Below are positions 49,888 through 58,415 of a DNA stretch of 64,000 nucleotides, one piece after another. Position 1 is the first letter of the stretch, and every line of letters starts with the position of its first letter. Below the pieces are notes generated by a model that made no database searches, was not told the origin of the DNA, and saw only the letters and a program-made list of their open reading frames with translations. Origin of the DNA: Gemmatimonadaceae bacterium (GTDB lineage: Bacteria; Gemmatimonadota; Gemmatimonadetes; Gemmatimonadales; Gemmatimonadaceae); contig JBGAJQ010000005.1 of assembly GCA_044224875.1 (NCBI GenBank), positions 32,001 through 96,000 on the forward strand, read 5' to 3'. Position numbers and translations under genes: made by a program.

Positions 49888-49997
49888 CCGCAGACACTCC
49901 CGACGCGTGTGGATCCGGCTTGCCTGTCGCCGCCTCGCGGTCTAGTCTTTGCCCCACCACTCCCGGTGCGTGCGCGGAACCTCGGCAGGAGGAGCTG

Positions 49998-52520
49998 GTG
50001 GAGCCCAACCGTTGGCAGGCGGTCGAGGCGTTGCTCGACAAAGCGCTGGACGCAGGCCCTCAGCACTGGGCGGAGGTCGTGAGGTCGGGCAGTGCGGGGG
50101 ATGACGCCCTGCGCGATGAGGTCATGTCGCTGCTCGCGCATCATCCCCGCACGCACGAGTTCCTGTTGCGCGGGGCAGCCGGCGTCATGGAGAACCTTGA
50201 GCGCCCCGAGGCCCTTCTTGCAGCGGGGACGACGATTGGCCCATGGCGCGTGATCGAAGAGATCGGGCGCGGAGGCATGTCCCGCGTATACCGCGGAGAA
50301 CGCAGCGACGGCGCGTTTGAGCAGGCGGTGGCGATCAAGATCCTGCGTGCTGGTCTCGATAGCGCGATCGACGTCGACCGCTTTCGGCGCGAACGCCAGA
50401 TTCTTGCTGCCCTCGAACACCCGAACATTGCTCGCCTGCTGGACGGAGGAACCACTGCCGACGGCCGGCCGTATCTCGTGCTCGAACTCGTGGACGGTGA
50501 GCCGATCCACGACTGGTGCTCGGCGCGACAGCTCACCACACGGGACCGCGTTAGGCTCGGCGTCACGGTCGCGCGCGCAGTCGCGCATGCACACCGGCAA
50601 CTGGTGATTCATCGCGACCTCAAGCCGACCAACATCCTGGTGACGCAGGAAGGGAATCCCAAACTACTCGACTTTGGCATCGCTAAACTCCTCGACGCGG
50701 GCGGTACCAGTACCGACACGGCGACCCGACACCGCTGGCTGTCGCCTGGGTATGCCGCGCCGGAGCAAGTGCGAGGCGAGGTGACCACCACCGCCACCGA
50801 CGTGTACCAGCTGGGCGTCGTCTTGTTCGAGCTGCTCACCGGGCGTAGGCCGATTGAAGTGACGGCGCAGCCGTACGAACTCGCTGTGCTGCAGCAGGAC
50901 CCGGTGCGCCCATCGACCGTACGATCCGAGCTTGCCGGAGATCTCGACGCGATCCTTCTCAAGGCGCTGCGCCCAAGCCCGAGCGACCGGTACCAGTCCG
51001 CCGATGAGTTGGCGGATGACCTCGAGCGTATTGAGCGACGTGAGCCGGTGCGCGCCCGAGAGGGAGAGCGTGCGTATCAGGTGCGGCGCTTTCTCGCGCG
51101 GCGCGCTCGGCTCGTCGCCACCGCAGTCGCCGCTGTGGGTGCGGTTGGAGCATACACGGCGACCGTCGCTCGCCAGAACCAGCGGATCTCGCTTGCGTTG
51201 GCCGAATCGAACCGTTTGCGAGAGAAGGCTGACCGGACCACATGGTTTCTCGTGGATCTCTTTCGCTCGCAAACCGCCGAAGCTGGCTCCGCCGATTCCG
51301 TTCCGGCGGCGATGCTGATTGCCCGGGGAGAAGCAGTAGCGCGCGCGAGAACGCACGACCCTGGCCTTCAGGCAGCGATGCTTGAAGTCTTGGGGGTGAT
51401 TCGTGGCGACATGGGCGCCGACAGCGCGGCCCGTGCCAACTTTGTCGAGGCGCTCGCGATTGCCCGGGGCCTACCGTCCGCCAGCCAAGCAGAACTTGCG
51501 CACTTCGAACGGCAGATTGCCGACGTTGACGTTAGGTTGCGCAACCTGGACTCGGCCGAGTCTGGATTCCGAAGGGCGTTGGCGGTGCAGCGCCGAGTGC
51601 TCGGCGACACGGCCACGGCGACGCGGTATACGATGCTCATGCTCGCGCTGGCGATCCACGCGCGCCAGGGAGACGAGGCCAACGCGCTGATCGACGAATG
51701 GGAGCGTCTCTCCAAGAACCTAACGATCGAGCCGGACCCGGAGGTCGCGCAGCAGTTCGCGTCCATGGCAGACCTGCTCGGTTACTTCTCCGACGACAGC
51801 ACCCAGCTGGCGAGAGCAGAGTGGTACGCGCGAGCCCGCGTGAAGATCTATGAGCAGGTCTACGGCGGTCGCGGCTTCGACATGGCGGACGCTCTGGAAC
51901 AGCTGGGATGGATACGATCGCGTCAGGGGCACCCGGAAGATGCGCTTGCGTTGATGCGACGCTCGCTTGCGGAGCACGAAGCGCTTTTTCCCCAGGGGCA
52001 TCGGTCGGTCGCCAGCACCCACGAGAAGCTGGGGACCGCGCTACGCGATATGGGCAAGCCCGACTCGGCGCTGGTGCACTACGCCGCGGCGTTGCAGATG
52101 ACGGTGCGTCTGGAACCATCGGATACCCTGGTGATCGCCGGCTTGCGACACGTGTACGGAGATGCACTGAGCCGCACGGGACGGCATCGGGAAGCGATCC
52201 GCGAGTTGCAGAGAAGCATCGCGGAATTCCAGACGCGCGTGAGCCCTGGCAGCGGGTTGCTCGGCGCCACGCGCATCTCGCTCGCGGGCGCGTTGGCCGG
52301 CGACCGTCGGTATCGTGAGGCAGAACACCTGCTGCGCAGTGTGTACGAGACGCTCCGCGCCAAACGCGGAATGCGAGACCGTATCACACTCCGTGCCGCC
52401 GACGGACTCGTGGACCTCTATGATCGCCTCGGCCGAGCGAGCGAGGCGGCACAGCTCCGCGCCGTGGTCAGTGAGGCGCGGTCTCTGCCGGTGCCATCGC
52501 CGGTGCCTACACCCAAGTGA
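49998..52520 (+). CDS. Membrane Ser/Thr protein kinase with C-terminal TPR repeats
   Basis: AGGAGGAG SD before GTG; IGRGGM, VAIK, HRDLKPTN, DFG, YAAPEQ; one TM segment, then TPRs. Confidence 0.92.
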   Translation: MEPNRWQAVEALLDKALDAGPQHWAEVVRSGSAGDDALRDEVMSLLAHHPRTHEFLLRGAAGVMENLERPEALLAAGTTIGPWRVIEEIGRGGMSRVYRGERSDGAFEQAVAIKILRAGLDSAIDVDRFRRERQILAALEHPNIARLLDGGTTADGRPYLVLELVDGEPIHDWCSARQLTTRDRVRLGVTVARAVAHAHRQLVIHRDLKPTNILVTQEGNPKLLDFGIAKLLDAGGTSTDTATRHRWLSPGYAAPEQVRGEVTTTATDVYQLGVVLFELLTGRRPIEVTAQPYELAVLQQDPVRPSTVRSELAGDLDAILLKALRPSPSDRYQSADELADDLERIERREPVRAREGERAYQVRRFLARRARLVATAVAAVGAVGAYTATVARQNQRISLALAESNRLREKADRTTWFLVDLFRSQTAEAGSADSVPAAMLIARGEAVARARTHDPGLQAAMLEVLGVIRGDMGADSAARANFVEALAIARGLPSASQAELAHFERQIADVDVRLRNLDSAESGFRRALAVQRRVLGDTATATRYTMLMLALAIHARQGDEANALIDEWERLSKNLTIEPDPEVAQQFASMADLLGYFSDDSTQLARAEWYARARVKIYEQVYGGRGFDMADALEQLGWIRSRQGHPEDALALMRRSLAEHEALFPQGHRSVASTHEKLGTALRDMGKPDSALVHYAAALQMTVRLEPSDTLVIAGLRHVYGDALSRTGRHREAIRELQRSIAEFQTRVSPGSGLLGATRISLAGALAGDRRYREAEHLLRSVYETLRAKRGMRDRITLRAADGLVDLYDRLGRASEAAQLRAVVSEARSLPVPSPVPTPK

Positions 52521-53053
52521 GCGACCCCAGGACGGCGTCACCGCGCGCGCCGAACCAGCCGCTTGACGATGCCGTATATCGAGAGCTCAAACGCATTGCC
52601 CATGCCTTGCTTCGTGCGCGTGCCCCGGAGCACACGCTGCGCACGACGGAGCTCGTGCATGAAGCCTACCTGCGACTCGGCGGACCCAAGGCGTTCGCCT
52701 CCGCTGCGCACTTCTACGGGTCGGCGGCGCGGGCGATGCGCCTGGTGTTGGTTGACCTCGCGCGACAGCGATATGCGGCCAAGCGCGGGGGCCAGCGGCG
52801 TCAGGTAGCGTTGACCACTGCGTCTGCAGTGATCAACATTGATTTGGATCGCCTGCTGGAGTTCGATGCCGCGCTGGAGAGCCTGCGTGGAGTAAGCGCA
52901 CGGTTGCACCAAGTCGTCGAGCTACGATTCTTCGCCGGACTCTCGGTCGACGAGGTGGCCACCTGCTTACAGGTGACCACTCGGACCGTTGAACGCGATT
53001 GGACGAAGGCGCGACTCTTCCTTGCGCGCGCGCTCGACGAGGTCCGACCGTAG
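52517..53053 (+). CDS. ECF sigma factor, kinase-associated (TIGR02999-like)
   Basis: HTLRTTELVHEAYLRL, AMR.VLVD.AR...AKRGG, VELRFFAGL, TVERDW..AR. Confidence 0.9.
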   Translation: MSDPRTASPRAPNQPLDDAVYRELKRIAHALLRARAPEHTLRTTELVHEAYLRLGGPKAFASAAHFYGSAARAMRLVLVDLARQRYAAKRGGQRRQVALTTASAVINIDLDRLLEFDAALESLRGVSARLHQVVELRFFAGLSVDEVATCLQVTTRTVERDWTKARLFLARALDEVRP

Positions 53054-53080
53054 ACGCGTGAGCTCAGGCGTTCCGCGCAG

Positions 53081-54157
53081 TCAATCGCAGATCTGACCTT
53101 CGACCGCCATGCGACGCCAAATGACTCCGCGCTGCAGGCCAGTGGTCTTGCTGACCACGGTCCCGGCGATCGTGCCGCACGTGTTGACGGAGTTCGCAAA
53201 CGCGAAACTCGCCCCAGCCGGGAGCGGCAAGTTTTCGATCGTGCCGTAGATCCTCGTGAAGGCGCCCTGCCCAGTGCGCGTGCCCACCAGGCGGCCCTTG
53301 TTGCTGATCCGCGGGGCGTCCCCTCGGCAGTTCCGCTCGACGGCCTTCACGCCGATGGAGATCATGCCGAATCCGAACGTATACACGATCGATGAGTCTG
53401 GCCCGACACCTACAACCATGTTTCCATCGTTGATGTCGGAAGCGCAGTATCCGGCGTCGGACAGGTCTTGCCATCCGTTCAAGCTGAGGCGCAAGGCACC
53501 GACACCGAGTGCCCACGACGTGCCGACAACCACTCCGGCGCCATTGAGGGCGACGCCATCGGGAAGCGGGCCGGCGAGTTCGTTCGCAACATAGGCGCCA
53601 TTGTGCGAACGCGTCCAAAGGTAGGCATCGGGGTCTCCCACACCGAACCCCGCAATCGAGCCTGCCTCGTTGATGTCGAAGGCACCGGCGGAATACGTGA
53701 GCGCATTCGTCGGTAAGATGGTTGTGATTCCCGCCGCGTTGCGGTAGAACGCCGAATCCTCCAGTTGCGGCGCGGTATCGTAGAAGCCCCCGCCGCGAGA
53801 AACAAAGCCAACAATCTCGCCCGAACTGTTGATGCCCCGCGCGACGTGCGAGATGCGCCCGTTGCCGAGGGCGAGCAGCTGCAACGCGCCACCGGCCGCG
53901 CGGAAGGCGGTCGTCGTCTGGATGTTCGCCCCCGTCTGCGCGGATCCTACTACCACATTTGAGTCGTTGACGGCCCACGACCGTACGCGTGGATACCAGT
54001 CGGAACCGATGTAGCTGACTTGCCACGACGCGGAGCCGAGGCCTCGGAGCGCCGCATCGGGAGCAAGCGGTGTGCGTGGCGACGCGGGGTCGAGGCAAGC
54101 AGCGGTGAACATGAGCAGTGCAAACCGCGCGTAACGTGTGATCTCAGGACGGAACAT
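53081..54157 (-). CDS. HAF-repeat-like extracellular lipoprotein
   Basis: Lipobox FTAA-C; repeated A..IN..G.IVG units (AVNDSNVVVG, ARGINSSGEIVG, AFDINEAGSIAG, ASDINDGNMVVG). Confidence 0.8.
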   Translation of the reverse strand: MFRPEITRYARFALLMFTAACLDPASPRTPLAPDAALRGLGSASWQVSYIGSDWYPRVRSWAVNDSNVVVGSAQTGANIQTTTAFRAAGGALQLLALGNGRISHVARGINSSGEIVGFVSRGGGFYDTAPQLEDSAFYRNAAGITTILPTNALTYSAGAFDINEAGSIAGFGVGDPDAYLWTRSHNGAYVANELAGPLPDGVALNGAGVVVGTSWALGVGALRLSLNGWQDLSDAGYCASDINDGNMVVGVGPDSSIVYTFGFGMISIGVKAVERNCRGDAPRISNKGRLVGTRTGQGAFTRIYGTIENLPLPAGASFAFANSVNTCGTIAGTVVSKTTGLQRGVIWRRMAVEGQICD

Positions 54158-54656
54158 GTCGGGCTCGAGAGAAGAGGGGGCGGGAAAGGCCAACCCTTCT
54201 TCATTCGTAAGATCGTCCCTTCGCCCGACATCGGCCCGCCGGCGGCCGCTCTCGGTCGGGGGCGCGTCCTCGCGGCGGAAGACGAGGTCGTGACCCCCAC
54301 CTCGCGCTTCCACACGAGCCGCGATATCCGTTCCTGTAGACGTGGGAAGGGTACCTGCCCGCGGCCGGCGCCATCGGCACAACAGGGCACGGACCAGCAC
54401 GATGAGTCACGACGGACGAGCGGAGCTCGCTCCCGCTCGATAGCGGGTGCATCTTCTTGCTTTGGCTCCAGGACGCCCTCGGTCTCCGGCCGAACATCGC
54501 GTTTCGCTCTGGCGAGCACTCCAGCTGACGAGCCTTGGGGCGATGAAGAGTCTGGTGCGCCTCAGCGGCGGCCGCATCCACGACTACGGATTCGGCAACC
54601 TTGCCCGCCACGAAGCGTGCGCGCATCCTAGCGATGACCCAGCTCTCGTGGCTCGC

Positions 54657-57600
54657 ATGCGCACGCTTCTGCGCCTCCTCTCCGTCACCTGCTTCCTCAC
54701 CGCGCGGCTCCGTGCGCAGGAAAGCCTCCGCTGCCCAGGCGCAACCGTCGGCTGGCAATTCACGTCAGCCTCAACCCCACCCATCCTTCTCCCCGAGGCT
54801 TCGCAAGTCGACGCCATCTGGAAATCACTCGACCCGGCTGCCGGCGGCAGCGCCGGTCCGCTCGGCTGCCCCACCGGATACGCCGTCGTCGTCGTTCTCG
54901 ACGCACTCAGCGGTTGGAACGGTATTGCACAGGGATTCCAACGCGGCTGGATTCTGGTGGGCCGCTTCCCACAGCTCAACTTCCAAGCGGCATTCGTCCA
55001 TGGACTGGGCGGGTGGACGGTCTGGTGGAAGGGCGACCAAAGCAGTGGATATGGCGCCGGACTCGTTCCAGCCGGACGGGACGGGCCGGCGACGGCCTAC
55101 TCCGCCGCCCCCGCGGCGACATGGGCGCGTGGCGGCTGGATTCGAAGTAGCCAGCAAACCGAGTTCATCTCGCTATGGAAGTGTCAGGGCAATCCTTGCA
55201 CCTGGCGGTACGCGACACCGGAGTTTTACCAGCAGGAGCGTCCGTTCGACTTCGCTGCGCGATTGGACGTCCCGAGTATGGCGACGCCGAGCCCTGGCCG
55301 ATTCGGCGAACGCGTGAACGCGGCGCTTCCGGACTGGCTTCCATGCTTCACTCGGCTGGACGCCAGCGACCAACCGGGCGAAGGGGAAGTGGCGCGTGCC
55401 ACCGTGAAGCTGCGACGCGAAGGGGCGTGCGCGATCGACGGACACTCACCTCGCGCGGCGGCCGATGCCTGGTTGGGGAGCGCGACACTCCGTCCCGGGC
55501 GTGCACCGGGGACGGATGCCGACGATAGCGACTGTCCGCGCAGCGGGGACCTGGACATCGATACGTCGCAATTGCTGCTTCTGATCTTCCGGCACCGCGA
55601 CAAGCTGAGTGTGACCACCCTCAACCACCTCCGCGCCTTGCTCGCCCCTTGGGGCGGAACACCTCGGGTCAGCCCGTATGTCACGCCGCCTAACGAAACA
55701 TGCTATGGCTTCCAGATCATTGAGACGGAAAATCACATTCTGCTTCAGGAGGCGTCGCGCTACCTGATCAACGCGCTGCTCAGCGAGAACGCCCCGGTGC
55801 CGAATGTCGCCAACCGCGACTGGCTGCTACGCTTCTTGGGGCCGATCGTCCGTCGCGACATGTACGAGTACAACGCGTTGCCGTACACTCGCTACCAAAT
55901 GAAGGCATTGCTCGCGTTGCACGACCATGCACCGGACAGCGTCGTGTCGAGAGCGGCGCGCGGCGTGCTGCACTGGCTCATGGCGAAGGAAGCGCTCTCC
56001 GGGAATCTCGATCGCGACATGCGTCCATATCGCCGGCTCCCGGACGCCAAGCTCTTTGCCGCCACCGATTGGTGGGGAAGCCAGGCCACAGCCACAACAT
56101 TGGAGGCGGCCTTCCTGGCCGGCCCGATCCAGCATGGACACGAGGACATCGACCTGCAGCTCGATACCGCGACCACAAGGGCGGCGCTCAGCGACTTGGC
56201 GCGTTTTCCAGCGCTGGGTACGGTCGACGAGGACCAACTCGCTGAGTTGATCGACATCGCCGACTCGAAGTACCGGCTGCCGAGTGCCATTCGGGATTGG
56301 CGCGTGACGCGATACAACGACAATGCGGCCAATCGCGTCACGTACGTGCAGGGCATCCGGCACCAGTCGCCCGTGGCCGAGGATCCCGCGCTGTTCAATC
56401 AGGCGAACGACGGTGTGGAGCTGGTGTCAGGGAACCGCAACTGGACGATTGTGGCTGGCGGTGAACCCATCGGCCCCGGCATCCCTGGCGACCCGCCACG
56501 AAGCACGGCGACGGCGCTCGCCTATGCGCTAATTGCCGCTGCCGTCCTGGCGGCCCTCATGCTGCTGATCGCAGTTCTTGCCGGTGTCGGCACGGTGACC
56601 GTGGTCGGCGGTGCGGCGACCGCCATTGCAGCGATCATCGGACTCTTGGTCGGAACCTTCGTGCCGCAGACGATTGCCTCGAACAAACAGTCGGACAAGC
56701 TGTGGGAGAACCAAACGGCCGTCATGCGACCGACACTCCTGATTCCGTCGGCCGGTGGCCTCAGTCGAGGCCAGACGTTGCGATTCGGCCAGCCCGTCAT
56801 CGCTCGGCCTAACGAGAATCCCGACCCGCGAACGTGTGTCGCTGAAGGGTTTCTGTGCGGGTTTGACCTGGAGATGCCATCGCACCCGTTCAACGCGAGC
56901 GACCTGGCGAAGTGTCCGATCACTCCGGAGCTTCCCATCCCGATCACCTCGATGCTCGCATCCACCCCCGCTGGAACGCCACCCGTCGTGCCGCGACTGG
57001 GCTGCCTCTTGCATCGGGAGGAGAGCACGCGCGGGTGGACGGTGTGGGAGTTCGAGTTTGGCACCCTGGCGATGCGCGAGGGCGACGCGGTGGGGTCAGA
57101 GCATGTCGCGGCGGCATGGATGGACACCACCTTCCAGAAGCAACAGCGCTTCGTACACATACAGTGGAAGCTGCCGGGAGAGAGTCACGACTGGTACAAC
57201 GTCCACGCCTACAACACCGAGGCACATCCGACTGATGGGGAAGCCGTGGGCGGCGACGTGGACTACGCCAACTCGGGGAACGTCGACGATAGCGACACGT
57301 GGAGCGAGGGGAGCGTCACCTTCACCTGGCCGGACTACCTGGCAGACGCGCAACGGTCGTTCATCGTCGAGGCCTGCGATCCGACGTACACGAAGATCCT
57401 CTTCGTCAAGGTGAAGGACGGCCACGCCTGCCACGCCAATATCTTGCCGCGGCTGTCTGTGCCACTGGCACTACCACCCAAGCAGCCGTTCAGCTGTAAG
57501 GCGAAGCCGTTCGGGCGCGAGGCACTGGTCATGGAAGTGGGTGAGTCGTGTTCGAACAGTCCGTACGGCATGTTCGTGTTCGTATGGACGAAAGGGTGTC

Positions 57601-58199
57601 CGTCGAACACGCGCGGAAATCTCGCCGGTCCGGGCCTTTGCCCGCGGTGGGCCTCGAGCTTCGGCTTCGCGGTGGTCGCTCCATCGCGCGGTTGGACCGT
57701 GGACGACTTTGGCAACATGGTTCTGGCATCGATGTTTGCGCACCGGAGTGCCTCAGGTGGCGATTACACCGTTGCGGCGACTCCGCAGGTCGTGGACGTC
57801 CCGATGAGCCCTCCGGTCATTGGGACGATCGGTCTTGGAGGGCACGTGTTGTGGGCGAGCGCGGGACCGCCCACGAAGCACACCGTGCGCTTCCGTTGGG
57901 GGGTGGCCCCAAGCACACAGCCTAACGTGATGGACGACACGGGCGCTCCCGGTCTTTACGGCCCGCTGTCGAGCGACCTCGTGCTCTGGCCTTCGGCGCG
58001 TGGCCACATCTCGGCGCCGGGCGTGCCACCGTTCCCGGGAGAATTGCTGACGAGTGGTGGGGCAGGGTGCTTCACCATGGCGGGGTTACCGACCTTGATG
58101 AATCCCGATCCCCGCGGCCTGGTCGTGGACCTGCGAAGCGCGGCCACGCCAGTGATCGACGAGGTCGCGACGTCGGTGCTGAAGGACAGATGCAAGTGA
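54657..58199 (+). CDS. Large secreted orphan with LGFP-like repeats, a helical TENH domain and an internal hydrophobic hairpin
   Basis: 1180-aa ORF; signal peptide MRTLLRLL...LRA-Q; motifs detailed in findings. Confidence 0.75.
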   Translation: MRTLLRLLSVTCFLTARLRAQESLRCPGATVGWQFTSASTPPILLPEASQVDAIWKSLDPAAGGSAGPLGCPTGYAVVVVLDALSGWNGIAQGFQRGWILVGRFPQLNFQAAFVHGLGGWTVWWKGDQSSGYGAGLVPAGRDGPATAYSAAPAATWARGGWIRSSQQTEFISLWKCQGNPCTWRYATPEFYQQERPFDFAARLDVPSMATPSPGRFGERVNAALPDWLPCFTRLDASDQPGEGEVARATVKLRREGACAIDGHSPRAAADAWLGSATLRPGRAPGTDADDSDCPRSGDLDIDTSQLLLLIFRHRDKLSVTTLNHLRALLAPWGGTPRVSPYVTPPNETCYGFQIIETENHILLQEASRYLINALLSENAPVPNVANRDWLLRFLGPIVRRDMYEYNALPYTRYQMKALLALHDHAPDSVVSRAARGVLHWLMAKEALSGNLDRDMRPYRRLPDAKLFAATDWWGSQATATTLEAAFLAGPIQHGHEDIDLQLDTATTRAALSDLARFPALGTVDEDQLAELIDIADSKYRLPSAIRDWRVTRYNDNAANRVTYVQGIRHQSPVAEDPALFNQANDGVELVSGNRNWTIVAGGEPIGPGIPGDPPRSTATALAYALIAAAVLAALMLLIAVLAGVGTVTVVGGAATAIAAIIGLLVGTFVPQTIASNKQSDKLWENQTAVMRPTLLIPSAGGLSRGQTLRFGQPVIARPNENPDPRTCVAEGFLCGFDLEMPSHPFNASDLAKCPITPELPIPITSMLASTPAGTPPVVPRLGCLLHREESTRGWTVWEFEFGTLAMREGDAVGSEHVAAAWMDTTFQKQQRFVHIQWKLPGESHDWYNVHAYNTEAHPTDGEAVGGDVDYANSGNVDDSDTWSEGSVTFTWPDYLADAQRSFIVEACDPTYTKILFVKVKDGHACHANILPRLSVPLALPPKQPFSCKAKPFGREALVMEVGESCSNSPYGMFVFVWTKGCPSNTRGNLAGPGLCPRWASSFGFAVVAPSRGWTVDDFGNMVLASMFAHRSASGGDYTVAATPQVVDVPMSPPVIGTIGLGGHVLWASAGPPTKHTVRFRWGVAPSTQPNVMDDTGAPGLYGPLSSDLVLWPSARGHISAPGVPPFPGELLTSGGAGCFTMAGLPTLMNPDPRGLVVDLRSAATPVIDEVATSVLKDRCK

Positions 58200-58415
58200 C
58201 GCAGCCAGGTGGGGGATGAGGATCGCCAAACACCGCAGGTCGCAGCTGGCGTGACGAGCTTCGATACGCGTGGACACTGGCAGCATCTGCAGGATTCCGA
58301 GTGCAACTGAATCAGCTTCGACGGAAGGACCGTCCCCATGCGTTGCGCGGACCATGATGTGCGGCCATGTTCGACCGCACGATTGGTCGTGTTGGGCCAC
58401 ACTCAGAGGACACTC

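Noticed and set aside
48780..49997. Apparent 1246-aa kinase with a long N-terminal extension (similar extensions at 5217, 17141, 20552, 21682, 38677, 54447)
   Set aside because: The extensions are off-frame reads over upstream genes or gaps; better starts with an SD or stop/start overlap lie downstream.
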